Program-made: the position numbers and the translations under genes
Shown: piece after piece, positions 50,859 to 59,796 of the stretch
Numbering within the stretch: the first letter of the stretch is position 1
Layout: every line of letters begins with the position of its first letter
The notes under the pieces: model-generated
What the model saw: the letters and a program-made list of their open reading frames with translations, nothing else
Databases searched by the model: none
What the model was told of the DNA's origin: nothing
DNA from: a bacterium ADurb.Bin157
GTDB taxonomy: Bacteria > Muiribacteriota > Ozemobacteria > Ozemobacterales > Ozemobacteraceae
NCBI GenBank assembly: GCA_002070375.1
Contig: MWDD01000001.1
Coordinates: forward strand, 17,425 to 81,424
Direction of reading: 5' to 3'
Length of the DNA stretch: 64,000 nt

Positions 50859-52035
50859 GTCTCCACTCCTCGTCGAAATCAGGCTGGCAGCGGACTAGCA
50901 AATCATACCAGCATTTCATAAAAGCATCTAAAAATCTACGATTATTATCTACTAAGTTCATATCCATAAAATCAAGTTTCTCGAAAGACCTTGAAAATAT
51001 AAGATAATCCTCGCGCAACCCTTCGTCGTTCATTCTCATGCCGGGGAAATACGCGCAAGGCAAAAACTTAGCGTCTAAAGCAAGTCTTTGTCTTTCGGGA
51101 AGAAACGCACTAACCAGCATTTCAATGTATCTCATTCCTGATTTGGCGGCTTCTTCACAAAACCACATTAAGGTTTTTCTTAAATTTTTCCCTGAGAACC
51201 TGTAGCCCAGTATAACTCCGTTACCGTCTAAGGGATTAAAGTTTACAAAAAAATCAGCCGAATTGTCCTTTGCCGAATAAAGCATATTAGGGTCGGTAAA
51301 GGGAAAAAATACTCTTTGCATCATATCTTTGTTTTGATATTCATAAAATTTATCGGTTACGGCTTTTATATCGCTGCAAACATCAAAACATATAGGTCGG
51401 CCCATTTTTCGAGGGTCTTTTGATTCAAGCTCAATAATTTCGGGATCTTCAAGATTTAAATCAGTTTGCACAATTTTGTAAAAATCAAGCATTTGAGGAA
51501 TCAATTTAGGTGTTTTTCTTCGGAATTCAAGACATTTTGGGCCAAAATAGACCTCTAACCCGTGTGTTTCGAACGATTCCACTTTTCTGACGTTAGGGAA
51601 AATACCGGTCGATTTAAAATTTAAATGTTCAAGCACCATTTGCGGTGCAAAGCTGACGGTTCTGGTTGTGGCATAAATAGCATCGCAGGTTCTTGTTTTT
51701 TCGGTGAGTTTTTCAAGGCTGTCCTTTACCATCACCCGCATCACATCTTGCCCTCGAAATTCACTGAGCACAACAGCAGCGTAAGACTTGCCAAGTTTAT
51801 TGACCGGGTCTATCGCAAAAATAACGGAGCCAATAAGCCTGTCACCTATTTTTGCCACAGTCCAAAAGTAGCCGGGATCTTCAACTTTAGCCGCAACAAC
51901 TTCAGGGTCAGCTACTTCCGGTAGGGTATATTTTCCTTTATAGACTTCGATATAAAGGTTAATTATCGCATCAACATCTTCAATTGAAGCAGTAGAGAAA
52001 CGCACAATTCTATTGTCTTTAAGAATCAGTTGCAA
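50851..52035 (-). CDS. tandem GNAT-fold acyltransferase
   Basis: 394 aa. N-terminal GNAT core (IGSVIFAIDPV...) and a second GNAT-like half. TTG start. 8-nt overlap with luxE. Confidence 0.55.
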   Translation of the reverse strand: MQLILKDNRIVRFSTASIEDVDAIINLYIEVYKGKYTLPEVADPEVVAAKVEDPGYFWTVAKIGDRLIGSVIFAIDPVNKLGKSYAAVVLSEFRGQDVMRVMVKDSLEKLTEKTRTCDAIYATTRTVSFAPQMVLEHLNFKSTGIFPNVRKVESFETHGLEVYFGPKCLEFRRKTPKLIPQMLDFYKIVQTDLNLEDPEIIELESKDPRKMGRPICFDVCSDIKAVTDKFYEYQNKDMMQRVFFPFTDPNMLYSAKDNSADFFVNFNPLDGNGVILGYRFSGKNLRKTLMWFCEEAAKSGMRYIEMLVSAFLPERQRLALDAKFLPCAYFPGMRMNDEGLREDYLIFSRSFEKLDFMDMNLVDNNRRFLDAFMKCWYDLLVRCQPDFDEEWRLG

Positions 52036-52111
52036 ATATTATTTACCTTAACTGAAATATTCCGCACACATTACCTGAATATAACAAACACCGTCATAAA
52101 TATCAATAGAC

Positions 52112-52142
52112 AAAAACGCCGCCTTAGTTTAATTAAGGCGGC
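52112..52142 (-). terminator. rho-independent terminator after the hsp20 pair
   Basis: GCCGCCTTA-N7-TAAGGCGGC hairpin followed on the minus strand by U5. Confidence 0.6.
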
Positions 52143-52163
52143 ATTTAAGTTAATCAGATCTAA

Positions 52164-52565
52164 TCAGTGAATCTTTACGCTTATCATTCGGGGCTGCGTT
52201 TCTTTTGCAAAGGGCAAGAACACCTTCAACACGCCATTATTAAGCTCGGCATTGATGTTTTCCTGATCGACCGATTCTGCCAATTCAAATTGTCTGAAAT
52301 AATTTGAGGGCTCATATTCTCTCATCAAAAAACCGGTATCAAGATCAGGAGTAATGTGCCCCTCGATTGTCAATATGTTTTTATCTACTGACAACTTCAA
52401 ACCCTCTTTATCTACCCCCGGCAAGTCCGCAACAAGCTTCAACCCGTTTTCTTCTTCATAAATATCTGTTAATGGGGTTATAAATGAATCCGGTTCTCTT
52501 GTAACCTCGCGTTTAACCATCTGAGTTTCGTTATTTTTTGTATTAGGTATAGTTTTTTCAGCCAT
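52164..52565 (-). CDS. Hsp20/alpha-crystallin small heat-shock protein
   Basis: 133 aa. Alpha-crystallin domain, ...GVLKVFLPF C-terminus. AAGGAG ribosome-binding site. Confidence 0.85.
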   Translation of the reverse strand: MAEKTIPNTKNNETQMVKREVTREPDSFITPLTDIYEEENGLKLVADLPGVDKEGLKLSVDKNILTIEGHITPDLDTGFLMREYEPSNYFRQFELAESVDQENINAELNNGVLKVFLPFAKETQPRMISVKIH

Positions 52566-52603
52566 GACTTTTATCTCCTTTTCGTTTTTATTCAGGTCTC
52601 GCC

Positions 52604-53050
52604 TCAGTTAACTTTAATTGAAATTTGCTTCGGTTTCGCTTCTTCTGCCTTAGGCATTGTAATTTTCAAAATGCCGTTAACATATTCGGCTTCGACCTTT
52701 TCCGGTTCGATTGGCACAGGAAGCTCTATCGTTCTCACAAATTTACCCGCAGAGCGTTCGCTTCTGTGGATCTTTTCTTCGGGAATATCCAATTTGATTT
52801 TTTCACCGCTGATTGTGAGCTTGTCACGCAGGGCAGAAACTTTCAGATTTTCAACATCAATACCGGGCGCAAGCGCTTCAACAGTAATTTTTTCATCATC
52901 GGCAGACACATTCATCATGGGAAAATGCCTTCTGGATATTCCCGGCAAAAACGCATTTCTCGGATAGTTTTCCCAGGCATTCAACCGCGCGAGTTCACCA
53001 ATTTGACTTTGCAATTGTTCCATTTCTTTGAAAAAGTTCCATATAGACAT
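52604..53050 (-). CDS. Hsp20/alpha-crystallin small heat-shock protein
   Basis: Alpha-crystallin domain, GILKITMPK. Start set at the ATG at 53050, which has an AGGAGG ribosome-binding site 7 nt upstream. The ORF track's 53071 GTG start lies inside the ribosome-binding site. Confidence 0.85.
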   Translation of the reverse strand: MSIWNFFKEMEQLQSQIGELARLNAWENYPRNAFLPGISRRHFPMMNVSADDEKITVEALAPGIDVENLKVSALRDKLTISGEKIKLDIPEEKIHRSERSAGKFVRTIELPVPIEPEKVEAEYVNGILKITMPKAEEAKPKQISIKVN

Positions 53051-53118
53051 ATCTATTCCTCCTTTGACCACCCTTTCGAGGGCGTATTCAAATTAAATTT
53101 CATTCACGCAAATATATA

Positions 53119-53135
53119 TTGCAAACACCGTGCCA
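53119..53135 (-). promoter_or_regulatory. sigma-54 (RpoN) -24/-12 promoter TGGCACG-GTGT-TTGCA upstream of hsp20
   Basis: Exact match to the TGGCACG-N4-TTGCW consensus, about 70 nt upstream of the hsp20 ATG. Confidence 0.6.
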
Positions 53136-53251
53136 ACTTTTAAAACTCGCTTCCAATGCGGATTTAAGATTATTTAATGGAATGGCGCAACGCAGTCTGC
53201 AACGATGCGCTACGTTGCAACAAGACGTCTGTCGGTGGTATAATCCCGTAA

Positions 53252-54469
53252 ATGAAAAAATACGACACAATTGTAATAGGTGCGGGTCCCTCAGGCATTA
53301 TGGCAGCGATCACCGCAACAAAGAACAACAAAAAATGTTTACTGATTGAACGCAACAGTTACGTCGGCGCAAAAATTTTAGCCAGCGGCGGCGGACGATG
53401 CAACTTAAGCAACACATTACCGACCGAAGCTTTCGTAAGTATGTTTAGCCGCGAAGGCAAGTTCATGTTAAGCAGCTTAAAAACATTCGGAAGCAAAGAA
53501 TTAACGGAATTTCTGGCCTCTGTCGGCGTTAAATGCCACGCTCCCGACGGGTTCAGGATTTTTCCCACAACCCACGATTCTAAAACCGTTGTAAACGCTT
53601 TAACCCAAGAGTTACAGCGTTTGAACACCGACATTCTTATGTCTCATCGGGTTACTGAAATAAACAACCGTAACGGCAGCTGGGAAATAGATAACGCTTA
53701 TTTTTGCAACAAACTGATTATTGCCACCGGCGGTCTTGGTTTTATGCACTTGGGGACCGAAGGCGACGGCTACAAATTCGCGACCGCAACCGGGCACAAA
53801 ATTACGAAGCTTTTTCCGGCAATGCTGCCGATTGAGACAAAAGAAACCTGGGTTAAAAACTGCCGCGCGGACACTATCGGCAAAGCGGTCGTTCAGATTA
53901 ACCTGCCAAAACACTGCAATAAAAAGGCTGTCGGAGATTTAATTTTCACATCGACAGGCATCAGGGGGCCTGTCGTATTAGATTTTGCGCGAGAAATAAC
54001 GCCTTTAATCGATGAATACGGCGAGGTTCCTTTGCTGATCAATTTGGTTGGCGGGCTGAACGAAGAACAAATAAGAGCTAAAATTAAAAGTTTGCCGCAA
54101 AACAAAATTTCCCTGCCGCTGCCCGAGATGTTAAACACATTGGTGCCGGAACCGCTTTGCGTAGAATTATGCAAATTAGTCGGGATCGATTTTTCTTGCA
54201 CTATCAGTAAAGTTGAAAAGATAAAAAGAGACAAACTGATAAAATTACTCGCAAAGACCCCTCTTACCGCAATAAGCTGCGGAGGGTTCAAAGAAGCCAT
54301 GGTTACGAGGGGCGGAGTGAGTCTTAAAGACATCAATTGCCAAACCTTAGAAAGCAAAATAAGTAAAAATTTATATTTTTGCGGCGAGGTATTAGACCTA
54401 GACGGGCCGTGCGGGGGATATAACCTTCAATGGGCATTCACGAGCGGATTTATAGCAGGATCAAATTAA
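53252..54469 (+). CDS. HI0933/YhiN-family FAD-dependent oxidoreductase
   Basis: 405 aa. IVIGAGPSGIMAA dinucleotide-binding motif, GGGRCN. Consensus -35/-10 (TTGCAA-18-TATAAT) ends 7 nt before the ATG, so the mRNA is probably leaderless. Confidence 0.75.
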   Translation: MKKYDTIVIGAGPSGIMAAITATKNNKKCLLIERNSYVGAKILASGGGRCNLSNTLPTEAFVSMFSREGKFMLSSLKTFGSKELTEFLASVGVKCHAPDGFRIFPTTHDSKTVVNALTQELQRLNTDILMSHRVTEINNRNGSWEIDNAYFCNKLIIATGGLGFMHLGTEGDGYKFATATGHKITKLFPAMLPIETKETWVKNCRADTIGKAVVQINLPKHCNKKAVGDLIFTSTGIRGPVVLDFAREITPLIDEYGEVPLLINLVGGLNEEQIRAKIKSLPQNKISLPLPEMLNTLVPEPLCVELCKLVGIDFSCTISKVEKIKRDKLIKLLAKTPLTAISCGGFKEAMVTRGGVSLKDINCQTLESKISKNLYFCGEVLDLDGPCGGYNLQWAFTSGFIAGSN

Positions 54470-54540
54470 TTTTTTTAGGGTATTGTACTTAAAAAAAACC
54501 TGTGGTAGGATTGCCCTATCAAAATTCGAGGTTAGAGATT

Positions 54541-55458
54541 TTGCTTATATCTACGCTTGTTGACGACTTTTTAACCGTCATAGAAAAAGAAAAAAGAATG
54601 TCTGAGCACACCGTTCGCGCTTACAGGAATGATTTAACCGTATTTTGCGACTGGTTGGCAGAAAATGGCATTTTTGATGCTATTGAGCTCGACAGCTTGA
54701 GTCACGCAAAAATCAGATCATACTGGGCAAAGCGCCGCACCGAAGGGCTTTGCGCATTAAGTATGAGGCGCGGGCAGTCGGCTTTACGCGGTTTCTTTAA
54801 ATACGCGATGCGCAGAAAAGAAATAACCAAAAATGCAGCTGAGACTATGGAATCGCCGAAAACACGCAGAGGCCTGCCAAAAGCGCTAAGCGAAAACATC
54901 ACGGAGACCTTTTTAAACGCACCGGACAAGTCGACTTTAATGGGGCTAAGAGACAGAGCAATACTTGAAACAATTTATGGCAGCGGATTGCGCGTGTCGG
55001 AAGCATCAAATTTAACCTATGACAACGTTGATTTTTCAAATCAAATTGCGCGAATTACCGGAAAAGGAAACAAAACCAGATTAGCACCCATGACCCCGTC
55101 GTCTTGCGAGGCTATAAGATCATATTTAGAGGCAAGAAACAATAAATTGCCTGAACTTAAAGATGTAAAACACATTTTTTTAAATAAAGCAGGAACCCAA
55201 TTAAGCACGAGAAGCATCGGAAGAATGATAAACAAATACACGTTGCAAAGCGCTTTAATGCTTCATGTAACGCCGCATCAGTTCAGACACAGCTTTGCGA
55301 CGCATCTGCTGAATAACGGAGCGGACATAAGAGCGGTTCAAGAAATGCTTGGACACGCGAATCTTTCAACTACACAAATATACACGCAAATCAGCAAAGA
55401 AAAGCTGATGCAAACGTATCAGCTTTGCCACCCGCGGTCGGGGCATAAAGATTTATGA
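54541..55458 (+). CDS. site-specific tyrosine recombinase XerC/XerD family
   Basis: R...HxxR...Y catalytic residues (RHSFATHLL, GHANLSTTQIYT). TTG at 54541 with a GAGGT ribosome-binding site preferred over the GTG at 54502. Confidence 0.8.
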   Translation: MLISTLVDDFLTVIEKEKRMSEHTVRAYRNDLTVFCDWLAENGIFDAIELDSLSHAKIRSYWAKRRTEGLCALSMRRGQSALRGFFKYAMRRKEITKNAAETMESPKTRRGLPKALSENITETFLNAPDKSTLMGLRDRAILETIYGSGLRVSEASNLTYDNVDFSNQIARITGKGNKTRLAPMTPSSCEAIRSYLEARNNKLPELKDVKHIFLNKAGTQLSTRSIGRMINKYTLQSALMLHVTPHQFRHSFATHLLNNGADIRAVQEMLGHANLSTTQIYTQISKEKLMQTYQLCHPRSGHKDL

Positions 55459-55528
55459 TAAAAAGACTAAATAAATGTTGCCAATGTTCCGATTGATATT
55501 GAAGAAACTAAAAAACGGGGGCAAAAAA

Positions 55529-55951
55529 ATGTTTGAACGAGTAACCAACACAACAACTTTACAGCTTTTACAAAAGGGCTTGGATGTGTCTTCAAAGAGA
55601 CAGTCTGTTATATCGAACAACATTGCAAACGTAAATACTCCCGGCTACAAGAGACAATTTGTTACTTTTGAAGAAGAAATGGCAAAAGTCATCGACGGAG
55701 TTTCAGACTTGCGCGGACTTCGCAGCGACGTTAGGCATTTCCCTATAAATGATATTTCGCACAAGGCTTGTGAGCCTGTAACAGTCACTGACAAAGGGCG
55801 CATCATGCGCAATGACAAGAATAATGTAGACATAGACATGGAAATGGGAGATCTGGCAAAAAACACTATGAGTTACCAAATATTTGCCAACAGAATTTCA
55901 GGAATGTTCGCACAGCTAAACGATGTAATTGTCAGAGGAGGTAAAGCATAA
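55529..55951 (+). CDS. flgB: flagellar basal-body rod protein FlgB
   Basis: SNNIANVNTPGYKR rod N-terminal motif. ATG at 55529 preferred (141 aa) over the track's 55475. Confidence 0.85.
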   Translation: MFERVTNTTTLQLLQKGLDVSSKRQSVISNNIANVNTPGYKRQFVTFEEEMAKVIDGVSDLRGLRSDVRHFPINDISHKACEPVTVTDKGRIMRNDKNNVDIDMEMGDLAKNTMSYQIFANRISGMFAQLNDVIVRGGKA

Positions 55952-56391
55952 TGGGTATATTTAATTCGATTAATATCTCTGCTACAGGTTTGAGCGCTGA
56001 GCGCCTCAGAATGGACGTTATCTCTAATAACATAGCGAATGTGAATACAACCAGAACAGAAGACGGCGGGCCTTTCAGAAGGCAGATGGTTATTTTTCAG
56101 TCGATCGAAGACCCAAAAAAATTGCCGATGGGCAAACAACCCCAGGAACCTTCTTCGGGGCGCGGCGTGCGCGTTAAATCCATAATGGAAGATATGAGTC
56201 CGTTTAAGATGGAATATGACCCCGAAAACCCTGATGCGGACGCAGATGGATATGTGAGAAAGCCAAATGTAACCATAGTGCACGAAATGGTTGATATGAT
56301 AACCTGCACCAGAGCGTATGAAGCAAACGTTACTTGTATAAATTCAGCCAAAGATATAACTTCTGCGGCACTCAGCATAAGCAAAAATTAA
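55951..56391 (+). CDS. flgC: flagellar basal-body rod protein FlgC
   Basis: 146 aa. SNNIANVNTTR, C-terminal TRAYEAN motif. TAATG coupling with flgB. Confidence 0.9.
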   Translation: MGIFNSINISATGLSAERLRMDVISNNIANVNTTRTEDGGPFRRQMVIFQSIEDPKKLPMGKQPQEPSSGRGVRVKSIMEDMSPFKMEYDPENPDADADGYVRKPNVTIVHEMVDMITCTRAYEANVTCINSAKDITSAALSISKN

Positions 56392-56437
56392 TATAATATA
56401 AATAAATAGGGAAAATTAGGGTATTAGGAGTAAACAA

Positions 56438-56734
56438 ATGAGAATTAATGAAGGTTTCTTACATGGCGCGGACTGCAAGCCGCAAAAATCGCAGGTCAAC
56501 TCAAAAGAGCAATGGAATTCATTTTTAGACACACTACAAACGGCTATTGAAGAGGTTGACAATCTTGGCAAGGCATCAGAAAAAATGACGCAGGATGCGG
56601 TTTTGGGTCGGGTAGAAAACCTTCACGATGTAATGATTGCAGCGGAAAAAGCAAAAACTGCCATGAATTTAACGTTAGAAGTGCGTGGTAAAGCCCTTGA
56701 AGCGTATAAAGAAATTATGCGCCTTAATTTTTAA
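56438..56734 (+). CDS. fliE: flagellar hook-basal body protein FliE
   Basis: 98 aa, position and size. C-terminal LEVRGKALEAYKEIMRL. Confidence 0.8.
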   Translation: MRINEGFLHGADCKPQKSQVNSKEQWNSFLDTLQTAIEEVDNLGKASEKMTQDAVLGRVENLHDVMIAAEKAKTAMNLTLEVRGKALEAYKEIMRLNF

Positions 56735-56831
56735 AAATTAGGTCTTTACATAAAACATAATACGTACTATAAATAAGTCGTGCACTAAAAAAAACAAATA
56801 ATGTGCATGTCAACTAACGGGAGCAATAGGT

Positions 56832-58733
56832 ATGGCGGACTTTTTACGGCAACTATGGGAGCCTATCTCGAAATTATCTCGGGGCAAACAGATCGGTTTA
56901 GGCAGTATCATTCTTTTGGTATTTATCGGGGTTTCAACAGCCTCTATGTGGAGCACCCAAAAGACTTATATTCCACTATTTGAAGAAAAGCTTAAACTTG
57001 AGGATGCAAGCAAAATCATTACTCAATTAAAAGCGAGCGGCATCTCACATAAATTAGGCGACAGCCCTGTTGATATTTTAGTTCCGATTGAAGACAAAGC
57101 TTTGGTATTATTGAATTTAGCCGAGAACAAAAACTTACCTCTTGCCAAACCGGGTTGGACACAACTGATAGACAGCAGAACACTTTTTTCGGGAACAACA
57201 GACAAAGAATTCGACTTAAACTACATACGCGGTCTTCAAGCATCATTAGAAGAAGCTCTAAAGAGAATGGGGCCCATTAAAGATGCAACCGTAAATATTG
57301 TTAAACCCAAAAAAGAGTTATTTAAAGACGAGCAAGCTGAGCCTACAGCAAGCATTTTGTTAGAGCTGGATCCTTTAAAAACGATCACTCCCGAAAACAT
57401 TCGCGCAATCAGAGACTGGGTTTGCTCAGCGGTTGAAGGCTTAGAGCCCGAAAACGTAAGAATAGCGGATTTTGAAGCTCATGATTTAACGCGCCTCATC
57501 GAAGAAGAAGACGCCATGACCTTAGACAAAGCGCAAACCACACAGATGCGCGTTACCCGTGACAGAGAGAAACACTTGGGCAGCAAGCTTACAAAAATGC
57601 TCAGTAAAATGTTTGGCGGGCAAGATAAAGTAATAGTAAGCATCAGCTTGGACATGGATTTTGACCAAAAAGAAGCTGTCAGTGACGTAGTTATACCATT
57701 AGAGGGAACTACAAAGGGTATTTTGATATCTCAAAAAACCGAACAGGAAGAATATAAAGGCACTGACACAATTAAAGATGGTGAGCCCGGCTTAAACTCG
57801 AACCTTCAGCCCGGCGCTCCGTCATACCCCGGCAATGAAGGGGCAGGCAACAACGAATATAAGCGAAGCGGCAATATAGAGAATTACGAAATAACGAAAT
57901 CTAAAGAGAAGTTTATAAAAGAACAGGGCTCAATAAGAAGACTGACTGCTTCTGTTGTAATAAACGACGACCCTGACAAGCTAAAAACTATTGAAGACCA
58001 AATAACCAGTGTTGCCCAAAACGCAATTGGCTATAACAAAGACAGGGGCGACAAACTTACTTTAATGGTAATGAAATTCAAAAACGAAAGCGCGCTGGCA
58101 GCAGTCTCTGCGGCAAAAAACAAGAGAGAGCAGGAGAAAAAGATGTTCATGATCGTTGTTGGTTTATTCATGGCGATCCCGACTTTTATAGGCATAATAT
58201 ATATATTTGTAAGAACCTCAAGAGTCAGGGCTATTGCACGTGAAGAAGCACGTCTCAAAGAAGTGGCCCTCGAGGCAGAAAAACACAGAAAAATTAGAGA
58301 AGACGAAATTAAGCGCCAAATGCAAGCCCAATGGAAAGAATGGGAACTCAGATACGAAGACATCAAGAATTTCTTTCCTGAAATCACTGACTTTAACGAA
58401 AAGAAAAATAGGGTTCAAAATCTTCGTCTCGAAGCTTATAAGTTTGCAAAAGAAAATGATTCTTACCCCTTTGACTTCGAAGAAATGCGTCCTGAGGAGC
58501 AATTCACATACAGAAAAGCTTTCGACAGCAAAAATGACGGCACAATTGACAAGCATATTGAGCGTCTCGAAGCTCTCATTCAAGAACGAAATAAAGCTCG
58601 CGAAGAGGAGCTTAAAGATCTTAACAGAGAAGCTAACGCTCGCGAACAGCTTGAAGCACGAATCCGAGACCTTGTTGTTACTAAGCAGGAAGATGCTGTT
58701 CAAGTCATGCGCCTATGGCTTGGCAAAAGCTAA
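56832..58733 (+). CDS. fliF: flagellar MS-ring protein FliF
   Basis: 633 aa. TM1 at about residue 25, TM2 at about 440-460. Extended K/E-rich coiled-coil C-terminus. Confidence 0.9.
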   Translation: MADFLRQLWEPISKLSRGKQIGLGSIILLVFIGVSTASMWSTQKTYIPLFEEKLKLEDASKIITQLKASGISHKLGDSPVDILVPIEDKALVLLNLAENKNLPLAKPGWTQLIDSRTLFSGTTDKEFDLNYIRGLQASLEEALKRMGPIKDATVNIVKPKKELFKDEQAEPTASILLELDPLKTITPENIRAIRDWVCSAVEGLEPENVRIADFEAHDLTRLIEEEDAMTLDKAQTTQMRVTRDREKHLGSKLTKMLSKMFGGQDKVIVSISLDMDFDQKEAVSDVVIPLEGTTKGILISQKTEQEEYKGTDTIKDGEPGLNSNLQPGAPSYPGNEGAGNNEYKRSGNIENYEITKSKEKFIKEQGSIRRLTASVVINDDPDKLKTIEDQITSVAQNAIGYNKDRGDKLTLMVMKFKNESALAAVSAAKNKREQEKKMFMIVVGLFMAIPTFIGIIYIFVRTSRVRAIAREEARLKEVALEAEKHRKIREDEIKRQMQAQWKEWELRYEDIKNFFPEITDFNEKKNRVQNLRLEAYKFAKENDSYPFDFEEMRPEEQFTYRKAFDSKNDGTIDKHIERLEALIQERNKAREEELKDLNREANAREQLEARIRDLVVTKQEDAVQVMRLWLGKS

Positions 58734-58749
58734 TTAAGGAGAAATGTGA

Positions 58750-59796
58750 ATGCCTCCGGAACCATTAATAAATTTACCTGAAGGTGAAATAGGTAACCTT
58801 CAAATATCAGGCAAAACAAAAGCAGCAATTTTGCTTGTATTTCTGGGACCAGAAACCAGCGGCGGAATCTTAAATTCTCTGACAGACGCTGAAATAGAAG
58901 TTTTGACTATAGAAATAGCCAAACAAAGAAAAATTTCCAGCGATGAAAAACTTCAGGTTTTGCTTGAATTCGAGCAAATGATGATGGCCCGAAAGTTTTA
59001 TTCCGAGGGTGGTCTTGATTACGCAAAGTCTCTGTTGGAACAAACAATAGGACCCGGCAAAACTCTCGAAATACTCAACAAAATGGGGACGACCTTGCAG
59101 GTTCAGCCATTTGAAGCAGCCAGGACAGCAGATCCGACGCAGCTTGCATCCTTAATACAAAACGAGCATCCACAACTGATCGCAATGATACTCGCTTATT
59201 TACAGGCTGACAAATCGGCAATTATTCTTCAGTCTATGGCTCAAGAAAGCCAGGTTGAAATAGCGAAAAGATTGGCTTTAATGGACAGAACCAGCCCGGA
59301 AGTAAGCCGGGAAGTTGAAAACTATCTTGAAGAATGCTTGTCTTCGATTATTGGACAAGATTTCACTCAAATTGGCGGTATAGATTCTCTTATCGGCATA
59401 TTAAATACGGTTGAGCGCTCAACTGAAAAGAACATCATTGAAACCATGGAAGTTCAAGAGCCTGCTCTTGCCGAAGAAATCAAAAAACGCCTGTTTGTAT
59501 TCGAAGATGTTGTTCTTATTGATGATCGCGGCATACAAGCACTATTTAAAGAAATCGATCAGAAAGATCTTTCTATTGCTCTTAAGGGTGTAACAGACGA
59601 AGTTAAAGACAAATTCTATCGAAACATGTCAAAACGCGCCGCAGAAATGTTAAAAGAAGAAATGACTTTTATGGGTCCGGTGAGAATGCGCGATGTAGAT
59701 CAGGCTCAGCAGCGTATTGTTGCCATAGTTAAGAAACTTGAAGCAAATGGAGACCTTGTTATAGCAAGACCCGGCGAGGAGGAATTAGTTGGCTAA
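58750..59796 (+). CDS. fliG: flagellar motor switch protein FliG
   Basis: 348 aa. EHPQ motif (NEHPQLIAMIL), C-terminal torque helix (RAAEMLKEEM). Confidence 0.9.
   Translation: MPPEPLINLPEGEIGNLQISGKTKAAILLVFLGPETSGGILNSLTDAEIEVLTIEIAKQRKISSDEKLQVLLEFEQMMMARKFYSEGGLDYAKSLLEQTIGPGKTLEILNKMGTTLQVQPFEAARTADPTQLASLIQNEHPQLIAMILAYLQADKSAIILQSMAQESQVEIAKRLALMDRTSPEVSREVENYLEECLSSIIGQDFTQIGGIDSLIGILNTVERSTEKNIIETMEVQEPALAEEIKKRLFVFEDVVLIDDRGIQALFKEIDQKDLSIALKGVTDEVKDKFYRNMSKRAAEMLKEEMTFMGPVRMRDVDQAQQRIVAIVKKLEANGDLVIARPGEEELVG

Noticed and set aside
54502-55458. XerC/D-like tyrosine recombinase as an integrase of a mobile element
   Set aside because: No flanking repeats, phage genes or tRNA are present. 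It sits in the conserved chromosomal position upstream of flgB, so it is a housekeeping Xer recombinase.
58218-58737. Antisense and alternative-frame ORFs (161 aa, 167 aa, 118 aa) within fliF
   Set aside because: They sit inside the well-supported fliF reading frame in a K/E-rich coiled-coil region. Lys/Glu codon repeats create spurious open frames.
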